This document shows positions 13,607 to 27,194 of a stretch of 64,000 nucleotides of DNA, in pieces. This DNA is from Mobula hypostoma. Its lineage: Eukaryota. The stretch's first letter is position 1. Every line of letters starts with the position of its first letter. The notes under the pieces were generated by a model that ran no database searches, was not told where the DNA came from, and worked only from the letters and a program-made list of their open reading frames with translations. The translations under genes were made by a program, and so were the position numbers. The DNA lies in contig NC_086108.1 of the NCBI RefSeq assembly GCF_963921235.1, forward strand, positions 31,560,001-31,624,000. The letters run 5' to 3'.

Positions 13607-13690
13607 TTTTTATAGTGAGAATCTGATCTGAGCATGCCCACATACACACCCCCTTTACTTAAAGTGTGAACAGACAACCAAACATTTCCA
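13607..13690 (-). promoter_or_regulatory. FASLG proximal promoter: TATA box with GT-box/Egr-like and NFAT-like motifs
   Basis: TATAAAAA at 13614-13607, about 150 nt upstream of ATG; GGGGGTGTGT near 13645-13654; TGGAAA at 13690-13685. Confidence 0.55.
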
Positions 13691-13844
13691 AGCACTGGCC
13701 ACCTTCTATCAACTGATCACATTTAAACTTAAGGCTTGTGGTTTGTGCTTTAGCTGTTTCTACGTTTGTTGGCTGAAGCCTTTTTAGGTTAGGTGCATCA
13801 GTAAGCTGTTACAAATGATATTCAAAAAGATTGATAGTTCATAT

Positions 13845-14703
13845 TGTTACGAGAATACACATAAAATTAAGATGTTTGCTGGCCTGGGCTAGCATCAGTG
13901 GCATCAGCAGTTGGTCTGCCACCTGCCCTCAGGGGAAGGAGAGATAAGGAACAATGGAGCAGCGTCTGGAGATGTGTAATGAAGGGATGTGGGAGGAAGA
14001 GCTGTCTGGAGCGGCTCCCCCCTTTGAACCCTGAACTGTTTGAAGTGATGGACAGGCGATACCCCAGCAGGGGGATAAAATGGGACAGGTTCGCTAAGAC
14101 AGACACACACGCCACCCGAGGTAACAAGACCCTGGAAGCGGTGCGCCTCTCACGAGTGATGAGAAGTACCGGACAACGCACAGGGTGGAAAGGTACGATC
14201 AGCGGGAACCCGGTGTGTGTCCGCCCTTGCCTGGGTGCCGGGTTCACTGCAGAGGATCGACCGCATCTGGAGGAGGGGTCACAGTCGGTGACCTCAGGTG
14301 ACATCACCAAGGACCCGCCCAAAAGCTGTTTGTGAGCCATCCCGCTGGTCTGTGAGTGAAGCAGTGTTCTGAATGATCAGTTGTTCCTATTCTGTGTCTC
14401 TCTTCCCCACCTTGTCCATCGCCATGGCAACGATTACTGCGAACTGAACTACAAACTGGACTGAACTTTTGAGTCATTTTGAAATTGGTCATTTAACCCC
14501 TAGACAACGATAGAGCTTGATTGATGCTGTTATCTTAATTCTGTGCACATGTGTTTATCATCACTGAACTGTTGCATTTATTATTCTTTCGATTACTGTG
14601 TTGCTTGTTTCTTTAATAAAACTTTCTTAGTTCTAGTACTCCAGACTCCAACTGAGTGATCCATTTCTGCTGGTTTGGCAACCCAGTTACGGGGTACGTA
14701 ACA
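13845..14703 (+). mobile_element. Solo LTR (859 bp)
   Basis: TGTTACG...CGTAACA termini, 4-bp target duplication ATAT, AATAAA at 14615-14620. Confidence 0.85.
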
Positions 14704-15712
14704 ATATGCCTAAAATGAGCAGGTGTTCAGCTGCCCAGCCAAGTTTAAGGTGATAGTTATTGCGAAATACTTGTGAAGAGGTGGCCAGATAAGTGGATGT
14801 GACCTGTGCACCATTAATTTCTAAATTTATCTCACAGCTTGAACCTTTTAGTAACATCATAAAGCTCTCAGTAGACCTTATGCAATGAATTACTGTTCTC
14901 TTGGACTGCACTCCGTGAGTTGAAATTATTTTTTTAAAAGATCCAGAATATATCCATCCATATCATAGATTATAGGTTCTAAAATGGACGGTTCTTGAAA
15001 TGGGTTTGGAGATTGCAAAGCGTGGTTAACTTGTACCTGGTTGACGAGAAGCTGGCAGCACACGAAGTATATCTTACTTGTTACTCAGCTTCCATCTCAA
15101 ATTCTGAACCTAAAGTCTCAGATTCCTACAGAAAGGGTCTAGTTGCAAAGACAGGCTGGAACCAGTATAAGGCAGTCTTCACTTAATGAAAGGGGAAGAA
15201 TGTTGTGCCTGCAGTAAGATCATCGTGAGGTGTTTAGCAACTAGTCTAAGAGGTGCCAACACAAAGAGAGCAGACTCTGACACTGTGGAAAGGTGGAGTT
15301 CTGTCTTTGTGTACACTCAGCAGCTGAGTGGCAATGACACACGAAGAAATTAATGGTGGGAATCAGGCTTTCAGCATCTGTTGCAAAGCTAGTCCTCAGA
15401 TATGGATGGGGTTATCCAATGCCCCTTGAAAGACATCTATCCCACAAACAACAGCAGCAGCCTCACGCACTGCTCAATGCATCAATCCTCATGACTCAAC
15501 CACCTATCACTCTTACAACTTACTGATGCATTCTCAGCTGCACCATCGCACAAACGCACGAGTCAGAACTGGCACGCCAAATGCGAGAGGAACCCCGTAA
15601 ATTTAAAGGGAACACAGAAGCTCTTTGAGTTTACAGGGAGTGTGAGTAACAGATTGTGTGATGAGTAACCAAAAGAATAGGAGAGGAATGAATATTAAAA
15701 TTGAGCTTCGAG

Positions 15713-15792
15713 CAGGGGTACCTAAGCAGGGGTCCACAGACTCCTTGCTTAATGGTATTGGTCCATGGCCAATAAAAGATTTAGAAACCCTG
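15713..15792. mobile_element. 80-bp hAT-type MITE
   Basis: CAGGGG...CCCTG termini, degenerate 8-bp TSD GCTTCGAG/GCTTAAAG; colinear with the copy at 49480-49559. Confidence 0.7.
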
Positions 15793-16684
15793 GCTTAAAG
15801 AAACTAAAGAGTTAAAAATTTATGGTCCACAATGTAGGTCAGGATTATGACGATTAAAAATTTACATCGAAATTGCTGACTCATGAGCTCACCTAAAGTT
15901 AATTCATCAATTGGAAAATGATTTTGACTTATACTAAAACCAAATATAACAAGAATTTTGCAGCCTTGAGTTACGTCTGTGTTGAGCCACTGTTGGTTAA
16001 GAGTGGCTGAATGCACGTGGAAAACGAAAAAGACAAAGAGGAAATCCTGGAACTGCAAAACCAAGGTGACCAAGTTACCGTCATCAGTATTTGTCATCGA
16101 ATTGAACTAAGCCTAATTTTTGTCAGTATCGATTATGAAGCGTACTTCTAGTAACTGGCAGTGAACCGTTCAGAAACATATGGTAATTCCCCTTTGCCTT
16201 ACTCTCACAGATGGACTGGTGAAAATTTGACACCTGTAATTTTCATCACTCCTTAAATATGAAATCTGATATTTGAAGATACAGTTAATTGTGCTGATGG
16301 ACTTTTCAGTAGTTCAAGAACTGTGGGCAAAATGTAAACACTCCAGGAGTTGCAGCACACAATGAAATTGGTTACGGATCAGAGGACTGGTGAATGACTA
16401 AAAGGAATTTTTGTTTGACATAGCTTGGGTATCTTTGATTTGAGTTTTGAGCATCATTTAGGATAGAATAGAATGATAGAAACAGTTTGGACAAAAGAAA
16501 GCAAGTTAGTTCACTGGATCTCTACAGGTTACCTTTATCGATCCAGTGACAGAGTAGACAGCCATCACCTTTTTCCCAGAGCAGCAATGACCAATACGAG
16601 AGGACTTTTTGCAGTGTCTGGGTGCTCACACAGGCAGGCAGCTGAAAAAAAGACAGCAATCACGCACATGAGAATGCACACCTT

Positions 16685-17995
16685 GCGATGCCATTGGGCC
16701 TGGCCTCCGCCCCTGCTGTTTGCGAAGACCTGGTCAACAGTGTGCTCCGGGGTGTGTTGGGTCAGTTTGCTTCCGCGTACTTGGACAACATTTTTACCTA
16801 TTCCAGCTCTCACCAGGAACACATCCAGCATGTCCAGAAGGTTCTCAAATGGCTCCTCGAGAACAACCTTTATGCCAAGCCAGAGAAGTGTGAATTCCAT
16901 ACAGGTGTCATTTTTGGGCTACATCCTCACTCTTCCCAATGTTCAAATGGACTCGCAGAGAGGCCCAAGCCATCTACAGTCAAACAGATGCTGCAGTTCA
17001 TGGAGTTTGCAAACCTTTCAAGTCAAGTCAAGTCAAGTTTTTTGTCACTTAACTATATACATGTACAGTATATAACATAAATAACCATATAATGTATATA
17101 GAAACAAGACAACATTTCTCTGAGCCTTTTTTGTAAAGCATAGTAGTACACATAACACAGATAACACATGATAACTTATGAAGGTAAGGATAAAATCTAC
17201 AGGTGAATCACACATAAATAGCAAACTAAAGTGCATTCATATTAAATATTGTAACATATGGAACAGATTAACCAGTGACGTAAGTACATGTTCAGCACAG
17301 CATTGTGGGCCGAAGGGCCTGTGTCGTGCTGTAGTTTTTTTCTATGTTTCTATGTTTCTCACTTCCAATACGATGCGGCAGGGAGCTCAGAAGTCCAATG
17401 GCCTGGGGAAAGAAGCTGTTTCTCATCCTGACCATTCTTGTTTTTATGCATTGTAGTCCCCTGCCTGATGGTAGAAAGCCAAAGAGGGTGCTGGAGGGAT
17501 CACTGGAATCCTTAATAATACTAAAGGCCCTGCGTATGCAATATAAATAAATGTCCCCAATGAATGGGAAGGAGACCCTATGATCCTCTCAGCTGTTCTC
17601 ACAGTCCTTTTATTGCTGCATCGTCAGAAGCTTCAGCTCCAGCGCAGGCCCCATAAATGCACTCACCAAGAAGACCTCTGCAAGATTCCAATGGACAAGT
17701 AAACCAGATCAAGCATTCTCAGAACTAAGGCAACACTTCACCAGTGCCCCAGGGCTGCAACATCTGGACTCATCCTGTCTATTCATCATGGAGGTTGATG
17801 CACCTGATGTGAGTATTGGAACTCACTCTCCCAGTGCTCTTCAGTAAACAATCAGCTGCAACCCTGTGATTTTCTTTCCCATCACTTGACACCCGTAGAA
17901 TGTAACTACAATGGTGGGAACCAAGATCTTCTGGCTGTCAAGGAGAACTTGGAGGCAGCAGAGCATCCCTTTCTGGTATAGGCAGATAACAAAAA
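16685..17995 (+). mobile_element. Degenerate Gypsy pol (RT/RNase H), interrupted by an antisense LINE 3' end (about 17017-17610)
   Basis: MPLGLASAPA..AYLDNIF..KPEKCEFH; RNase H-like IMEVDA remnant near 17785; (TCAAG)n tail at 17018-17037. Confidence 0.75.
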
Positions 17996-18105
17996 CATTT
18001 TTATCCCCCATCAGAATGGTGTCAAAGCTCTCCGTTTCTTGCTGCTGGTGAAGAACAGTGAATACTTGCCTGTGGCAAACAAAACAAAGAAAACTAGTAA
18101 ATACG

Positions 18106-20314
18106 CTAACACGAAGAAATCTGCAGATGCTGGAAATTCAAGCAACACACATAAAAAATGCTAGTGAAAACAGCAGGCCAGGCGGCATCTCTAGGAAGAG
18201 GTACAGTTGATGTTTTGGGCCGAGACCCTTCATCAGGACTAACTGAAAGAAGAGATAGTAAGAGATTTGAAAGTGGGAGGGGGAGAGGGAGATCCGAAAT
18301 AGGAGAAGACAGGAGGGGGAGGGATGGAGCTAAGAGCTGGAAAGTTGATTGGCAAATGGGATATGAGGCTGGAGAAGGGAGAGGATCATGGGATGGGAGG
18401 CAATCATGGGGCGGGAGGCCTAGGGAGAAAGAAAGGGGAAGGGGAATCCACAGGATGGGCAAGGAGTTACAGTGAGAGGGACAGAGGGAGAAAAAAGAGA
18501 GAGAAAAAAAATAATCCATCAATCAATAAATAAGGGATAAGGTACGACAGGGAGGTGGGGCATTAACAGAAGTTAGAGAAGTCAATGTTCATGCCATCAG
18601 GTTGGAGGCTACCCAGACGGAATAAAATGTGTTGTTCCTCCAACCTGAGTGTGGCTTCATCTTCCAGACATAACCAGTTCCCCTCTACCACCACTCTCCT
18701 CCATCTAGCGGAATTAGTCCTTACTCTTAATGATTTCTCCTTTGGCTCCTCCCACTTCCTCCAAACTAAAGGTGTAGCCATGGGCACCCATATGGGTCCC
18801 AGCTATGCCTGCTTTTTGTTGGCTTTGTGGAACAATCCATGTTCCAAGCCTATACTGGTATCCATCCCCCACCTTTCCTTCACTACATCGACGACTGCAT
18901 TGGTGCTGCTTCCTGCACGCATGCTGAGCTCATTGACTTCATTAACTTTGCCTCCAACCTTCACCCAGCCCTCAAGTTTACCTGGTCCATTTCCGACACC
19001 TCCCTCCCCTTTCTTGATCTTTCTGTCTCTGTCTCTGGAGACAGCTTATCTACTGATGTCTACTATCAGCCTACTGACTCTCACAGCTACCTGGACTATT
19101 CCTCTTCTCACCCTGTCTCATGCAAAAATGCCATCCCCTTCTCACAATTCCTCCGTCTCCGCCGCATCTGCTCTCAGGATGAGGCATTTAATTCCACGAC
19201 AAAGGAAATGTCCTCCTTCCCCATCAACTCTGCTCTCCCATTTCACGCACACCTGCTCTCACCCCATCCTTCCGCCACCCCACTAGGAATAGTGTTCCCC
19301 TTGTCCTAACCTACCACCCCACCAGCCTCCGGGTCCAACATATAATTCTCTGTAACTTCCACCACCTCCAACGGGATTCCACCACTAAGCACATCTTTCC
19401 CTCCCCCCCTTTCTGCTTTCACAGGAATCACTCCCTATGTGACTCCCTTGTCCATTTGTTCCCCCATCCCTTCCCACCAATTTCCTTCCTGGCACTTATC
19501 CTTGTAAGTGGAACAAATGATACACATGCCCTTACACTTCCTCCCTCACCATGATTCAGGGCCCCAGACAGTCCTTCCAGGTGAGACAACACTTCACCTG
19601 TGAGTCGGCTGGGGTGATATACTGCGTCCGGTGCTCTCGATGCGGCCTTCTATATATTGGCGAGACCCGACGCAGGCTGGGAGACCATTTTGCTGATCAC
19701 CTATGCTCTATCCGCCAGAGAAAGCAGGATCCCCCAGTGGCCACACATTTTAATTCCACATTCTATTCCCATTCTGATATGTCTATCCACGGCCTCCTCT
19801 ACTGTCAAGATGAAGCCTCACTCAGGTAGGAGGAACAACACCTTATATTCCGTCTGGGTAGCCTCCAACCTGATGGCATGAACATTGACTTCTCTAACTT
19901 CCGTTAATGCCCCACCTCCCCTTCGTACCCCATGTTATTTATTAATTATTATTATTAATTTCTTTCTCTCTCTCCTTTTTCTCCCTCTGTCCCTTTCACT
20001 ATAACTCCTTGCCCATGCTCTGGGCTCTCCTTCCCCTTTCTTTCTTCCTAGGCCTCCCATCCCATGATTCTCTCCCTTCTCCAGCCTCATATTCCTTTTG
20101 CCAATCAATTTTCCAGCTCTTAGCTCCATCCCACCCCCCTCCTGTATTTTCCTATCATTTCAGATCTCCCCCTCCCCCCAACTTTCAAATCTCTTACTAT
20201 CTCTTCTTTCAGTTAGTCCTGACGAAGGGTCGCGGCCCAAAATGTTGACTGTACCTCTTCCTATAGATGCTGCCTGGCCTACTGTGTTCACCAGCAACTT
20301 TTATGTGTGTTGCT
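18106..20314 (+). mobile_element. Penelope-like element (RT and GIY-YIG) with an inverted copy of its 3' end at the 5' side
   Basis: QTKGVAMGT, YIDD, VIYCVRC..LYIGET; 18135-18665 is the reverse complement of about 19810-20314. Confidence 0.9.
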
Positions 20315-20694
20315 AAAAATACTAAATACTTTACTAATCACATTTTACCGGTAAAAAAAATTACTGAAATCAATAGCTTTGTAATGTCCCTTTCAGGATT
20401 TACCTTTTGAAACACCTGTTCTGACTTGGCATTTTTGAGGTATGAACAAAAGGCTCAAAGGTGCAGGACGGTTGTGGCATGGTATGTATGGGTCAAATCG
20501 ACTCAGCATGGCCTGGATCCGAGAGCAGGGAATGAGCCAATACTTGGCCAGTGCTGGAGGCATCTCGATGAAGCAGAACCAAGACAAGGAGAGTGGAGGC
20601 GAGGCAGAGTCGAGGCAGTAGGAGCCCAGGCCCGAGAGAGGAGAGACCCAAGGTTTGATCGGTTTAAGCGCTGAGCCAAATTGAAAAGGTTGGC

Positions 20695-21735
20695 TCATAC
20701 CTATTCACATTTCTCTTAAATGTTGAAAGTAAACCCGCATCCACCACTTCTGCTGGCACCTCTATCCACACCCTCACTACTCTCGAAGTAAAGAAGCTCC
20801 ACCTCATGTTTCTCTTAAGCATTTCACCTTTCACCCTTAACCCATCACCTCTAGACCTAGTCTCACCCAATCTCAGTAGAAAAAGCCTGCTTTTACTTAC
20901 CCTATCTACACCCCTCATAATTTTGTATACCTCAGTCAAATCTCTCATTCTCCCACAATCTAGGGAATGAAGTCCTAACCGGTTCAATCGATCCCTATAA
21001 CTCACATACTCAAGTTCTGCCAATAGCCTTATAAACCTTCTCTGTACACTTTCTAATCTTATTGATATCTCTCCTGTAGGTAGGTGATCAAAACTGCACA
21101 CAATACTCTAGATTAGGCCTCACCAGCGTCTTATGCAACTTCAACATAGCATTCCATTTCCTGAATTCAATACTTTGATTTATGAAGGTCAATATGCCAA
21201 AAGCTCTCTTAATAACCTTATCTACCTGTGGTGCTACTTTCAAGGAATTATGGATCTGTATTTCCAGATCCTTCTGTTCTACTATACTCCAGAGTGTCCT
21301 ACCACTCACCATGTAACTCCTATCCTGGTTTGGTAACATCTCAAATTTATCTGCATAATTTCCATCTGCCATTTTTAGCCCATCTCTCCAGCTGGTCCAG
21401 ATCCCACTGCAAACTTCTTTGCTGTCCATTATACCCTAAATTTTGGTATCATCTGTAAATTTGCTGATCCAGCTTACTACGTTATCATCCAGATCATTGA
21501 TCTAGAAGACAAACGACACTGCTCTCTGCGGCACACCACTAGTCACAGGTCTCCAGTCAGAGAGGCAACCATCTACTATCTCTCATTGGCTTCTCCCATG
21601 AAGCCAATGTCTAATCCAATTTACTACCTTATCTTGGATGCCAAGTAACTGAATCTTCCTGTCCAACATCCCATGCAGGACCTTGTTAAAATCCTTGAAA
21701 AAGTCCATGCAGACAACATCCACTACCTTGGTTTC
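20695..21735 (-). mobile_element. Degenerate CR1 LINE fragment
   Basis: VRPNLEYCVQF and ESVQRRF remnants. Confidence 0.85.
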
Positions 21736-22979
21736 ATTCCGAGCTCCTGAAATTATTCTCATAGAAGTATGGAGCTGTGTATTGATGATGTTTCTGTGAG
21801 CACTTCTCTCCCACGTGGGTGTGCAATATTCAGCAATTGAGAAACACAGTGTTAGGCTAGATATTTGTAGGACTCACTGGTTAGAATCTCATTAGGTTCC
21901 TGTTTCTCCCAGAAAGTGGTGAACCTGTGGAATTCTCTGCCCAGGGAAGTAGTTGAGGCTTCCTCACTAAATATATTTAAGATTCAGTTAGTAAGATTTT
22001 TACATAGTAAGGGAATTAAGGGTTATGGGGAAAAGGCAGTTAGATGGAGATGAGTTTACAGACATGATCTTATGGGGCAGGCTCGATGGGCCGGATGGCC
22101 TACTCCTGCTCTTATTTCTTATGTTCTTATGTTCTGTTATCTTCCTGATCATGGCTGTTCTGGATTCTAGTTTCTTTGCAACATTTTGAAGGTGGGTCTT
22201 GTATGAGAGTAAGACCAAGGAACTGATTGTAGACTTCAGGAGAGGGAAACCAGAGGTCCATGTGCCAATATTCATCTGAGGATCACAGCTGGAGAGGGTC
22301 TGTAACTTTAAACTTCTGGGAGTCACTATCTCAGAGGACCTGTCCTGGACCCATCATGTAAGTATAACTGCAAAGAAAGCATAACAAGGCCTCTACTTCC
22401 TCAGCAGTGTGTGGCGTTTCTCTTGTTCTTACCTGTCACTTTTGAAGCCTGCTACTTACCGAATACTCCTTTGACAGAAAACAAACTGTCCTAATCCGCA
22501 CTTTCACTAATTTAGAATCTCAACCTAAGGATCAGACCTACCTTTCTCCATAATTATCTTGACACTAATGGCATTATGATCACTAGATGCAAAGTTCTCC
22601 CCTATACAAAATCCTGTCATCTGCCCTGTCTCATTCCCTATATGAGATCTAGTATTGCACTCTCTCTAGTTGGGCCTCTATATATTGGTTAAGGAAACTT
22701 TCCTGAACACATTTGACGAATTCTATCCTATCCAGCCCTTCTACAGTAAGGGATCCCCAGTCAATATATGGAAAGTTACAATCACTTACTATGTTTCTTC
22801 CAATAGTCTGTGATTTCTACAAATTTTCTCCCCTAAATCCCATTGACTGTTGAGAGGTCGATAATAAAATCCCATTAACATGCTGTACCTTACTTATTGC
22901 TCAGTTTCACCCATGTATTCTCAGTGGATGAGCTCTCCAGCCTGCCTGAGCGATGTCATGACATTTCCCTGACTAGTAG

Positions 22980-24310
22980 GCCACCCCTCCCCAATGGCCC
23001 ATTTCTGAAATTTCTCTCTCCTTTCTCAATCTCTCTATCTCCGTCTCTGGAGAGAGACTGTCTACTGATAACTTTCATAGACCTACTGACTATCACAGCA
23101 GTTTGACTATACCTTTTCCCACCCTGTCACTTTAAAAATGCCGTTCCTCCTCCTCAGTTTCTCTGTCTCTGCTGAATCTGTTCTCAGGATGAGGCTTTCC
23201 ATTCCAGAACATCCGAGATGTTCTCTTTCTTCAAAGGATGGTGTTCCTCTTCCTCTACTATTGATGCTGCCCTCATCTGTATCTCCTCCATTTCTCAGAC
23301 ATCTGCCTTCACCCAGTCTACCTGCTGCCATAACACTGGCGAAGTTTCTCTTGTTCTTACCTACCACCCCTCCAAGCCTTTGCATTGAGCACGTCATTCT
23401 CCGCAACCTTGCAACCTTTAGTGGGATCCTATCACTAAATATATATTTCCCTTCCCCCTGTTCTCCATTTTTCATAGGGATCGCTCTCTCTGAAACTACT
23501 AGTCACTCCTCACTCATCTCCCACTAGGTACATACTGTATCACTATAAGTGGGACAAGTGCCACACTGGCCCCTACACTTCCTCCCTCATCACTAATCAA
23601 GGCCCCAAACAGTCCTCCCAGGTGAGGCAACACTTCACCTGCAAGTCTGTCGGGATTATCTACTGTATCCGGTGCTCCTAGTGCAGCCTCCTCTCCATCG
23701 ATGAGACCCAATATAGATTGGGGACTGCTTCATTGATCACTTTCACTCTGTCCGCCACACCAGGCAGGATTTCCTGGTGGTCACCCATTCCATTCTGACA
23801 TGTCGGATCATTGCCTCCTACTGCCAAGATGAGACCACTCCCAGGTTCGAGGAACAACACCTCATGTTCCACCTAGGTAGCCTCCAAGCTGACAACGTGA
23901 ACACTGAATTCAATAAATTCCAGTAATTTCTCTACCCTCCCCATTCTCCCTTTTTCCTTTCGTCATTTTGGCTCTCCTCTTACCCCTTCTCTCACCTCGC
24001 TCTGGTGCCTCTTCTCCTTCTCGTTCTCCCATGGTCCATTCTCCTCTCCTGTTAGAATCCTCCTTCAGCCCTTTACATTTTCCACCTATCACCTCCTAAG
24101 TTCTTCCACATCCACCCACTTTCCCTCTCACCTGGTTTCACCTATCACCTACCAGCTTGTAATCCATCCCTTCCCTCCACCTTCTTATTCTGGCTTCTTC
24201 CCCCTTCCTTTCCAGTCCTGATAAAGGGCATTAGCCCAAAATGTTGACCGTTCATTTCCCTCCATAGATGCTGCCTGACCTGTTGAGTTCCACCAACATT
24301 TTGTGTGTAA
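22980..24310 (+). mobile_element. Degenerate Penelope-like element
   Basis: Colinear with 19000-20314; decayed hammerhead near 24217. Confidence 0.8.
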
Positions 24311-25104
24311 GACTGAAATGTCAACTTTCTGACTCCTAGCTCTTTACACAGATCCAGCTGCTGAGATCAAAAGCAAATTGCTGGTAGCTCTGAGTTGTTC
24401 CAACTAATTTTGAAGCAAAATAAAAGGTGGAAGCCGGTGGAAGTCTGTAATTATTGGAATTAGCTGAAAGTTAAAATGCAAATAAACCAGTGTTTGAATG
24501 TTGTGACATTGTTTTGGCAGCAGTAGAAAGAAAATGGCAATTAAACACAACTGAATTTTGGTGTATAGTAAGGCTTGTGAATCATTTACGCACTGTATTT
24601 AGCGGATGGAGATATATTCTATGACTAATACTGTTCTTGAGTTGGAAGACAGCTCTGGAAGTGCATAGGCAGAGAGAAAACTTAAGAAGCCAATATTGCT
24701 CATGAAATTTATCTCTGGTTAAATTGCCCATTCACTAAGAACAAACAAAAGCTAAGCACTAAGCACTAAGAAAAAACAAACAAAAAGAGACTGGATAAAT
24801 TCTACAACCATTTGAGACAGTGTTGAACAATCATTTCTGCACAGTCAAGGCAAAATCTGAAAGAAATTGCATCATGGCATTTCACAGCTTCAGGAAGTTT
24901 CGCAGAAACAAGTTCATGAGCGGTCCAAAACTTGGAGTCATCGAAAAACAAAAAACTGCAGATGCTGGAAATTTGAAGTAAAAACAAAAGATCCAAGAAA
25001 TACTCTGTAGGGTAGACAGCATCAGTGGAGAGACAAACAGGGGTAACTTTTTAGATTGATGAGGAAGATTCATCTTAAGATGATGGAGCGTCATTCAAGT
25101 GAAG

Positions 25105-26860
25105 TATTACAAACACAAGAGATTCTACAGATGCTGGTGCTCTTAAAATGCTGTAGGAACTCTGCAAGTCAGGGGGCATCTACGAAGGAAAATAAATAGT
25201 CATTGATTTGGGCAGAGACCCTTCATCAGGACTGTAAAGGAAGGGGGCAGAAGCTGGAATAAGAAGGTGGGAGAGGGAAAAGAATACAAACCGGCAGGTG
25301 TTAGGTGAAGCCAGGTAAGGGGGAAGGTGGGTAGATGGAGCAGGAGGGATGAAGTAGGAAAATGGGAGGTGATAGGTGGAGAATCAAAAGAAATCTGATA
25401 GGAGAGGAGAGTGGGCGATGAGAGCAAGGGAAGGAGGAGGGGATCTGGGGGTGATGATGGGCAATTGAGGAGAAGAGAAGTGAGTGAGAGAGTAAACAGA
25501 ATGGGGAAGGTAAAAAGAGAGGGGGGAGTAGTGACTGGAAGTTCGAGAAGTCGATGTCATGCCATCAGTTTCAAGACTGCCCAGAAGGAACATGGGCTGT
25601 TGCTCCTTCCTCCTGAGTTTGACCACATCATAGCTGTAGAGGAGGCCAAGGACTGGCATGTCAGATTAGGAGTGGGAAACCGAATTGAAATTGGTGGTCA
25701 CTGAGAGATCCTACTTTTTGCAGTGCACGGAACAAAGGTGCACGCTGAAGCAGTCCTTCAGTCTGCATCGGGTCTGAACGTTGTAGACGAGGCTGCACTG
25801 GGAGCACCGGCTATGATAGATGATCCCAACAGCTGAAAGGTCACCTCAGCTTGAAGGACTGCTTGGGGTCCTAAATGGTGGTGAGAGAGTAGGTGTATGG
25901 ACAGCTGTAGCATTGGTCCCATTGCAGGGGTAAATGCCAGGAGGGAGATCAGTGTAGAGGGATGAGTGATCACAAGAATGTAGAGAGTGATCCCTATGTA
26001 AAGAAAAGGGGAGGAGAGGAAGAGAAAGGTGCTTAGTGGTCGTATTCCCTTGGAGAAGGCAGAAGTTATGAAGAATGATGTACTGGATACGAAGGCTCAT
26101 GGAGTAGTGGGTAAAGACAAGGGGAACCCTATCACTGTTATGATGGCGGCAGGATGGGGTGAAGGCAAATGTCTGGGAAATGGAGGAGAGGTGGGTGAGG
26201 GCAGCATCAATGATGATGTAAAGGAAATCCCATCTTTGGAAAAAATGAGGACATCTCAGATGTTCTAGGGTGGAAAGCCTCGTCCATTTGTTGCAGCAGT
26301 GATGGAGGAACTGAGAGAAAGGAATAACTTTGTTTTTACAAGTGACAGGGTGGGAAGTGGTATCATCAAGATAACTGAGAGTCAGTAGGATTATTCTAAG
26401 CCTAACTAGTAATGCTTTCTAATTCTTTCTCACTACATTGATGACTGCTTTGGTACTTCTTCATGCACGCATGCTGAGCTCATCAATTTCACCAACATTC
26501 CCTCCAACTTCCACCCTGCACTCAAATTTACTTTACTTGCTCCATTGATGAACCTCTTTCCCCTTTCTTGATCTCCCTTTCTCCAGCTCTGGAGAGAGAC
26601 TGTCTGCTGACAAGTTTTACAAAGTATTCACTCCCAGCTTCTTACACCTTCCTCCCCAACGCCCCCCCCCCCGCACACACAAACAACTGGTCTTACCTAT
26701 CAGCTGCAAGTTTGTACACCTCCTCATTCCCCCACACCACCTTATTCTAGCTTCTGCACCCTTCCTTCCCAGTCCTAATGAGGGGTCTCAGCCCAAAACT
26801 TCAACTGTTTCTTCCTCTCCTTAGATGCAGCCTGTTTGCTGAGTTCCTCCAGTATTTTAT
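25105..26860 (-). mobile_element. Degenerate Penelope-like element with inverted arms (minus to about 26400, then plus)
   Basis: Same family as 18106-20314; termini are inverted repeats. Confidence 0.75.
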
Positions 26861-27194
26861 GAAAATCAGCTGTTATTTTCTCTGCAATGCTATCTGATGT
26901 GTAACTATTTCCAACGTATTCTGCATTTATTACAAACTTTATGTTTGATTTGACTTATGGAATTGTGAATAAAAACATGGGGATGGCAGCCAAGAATGAC
27001 AGGGACTTCTGTGACATGCCACCCACTAATGTAAAGGCAACTTCCCATCAAAGGACAGCTCCCAATGTTTGGTCAAGAAACAAGTTCAGGTAGATGCAAC
27101 TGTAAATGGAATGAGTCATTATTATGGACAGTCATTTCCCAAACAATCATTCTCTTAAAGAATCCTGCCACTACTTCTCTCTCTCTCATGCACC

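Noticed and set aside
13867..14340. 145-157 aa ORFs upstream of FASLG
   Set aside because: Internal to the GC-rich solo LTR; no protein motifs.
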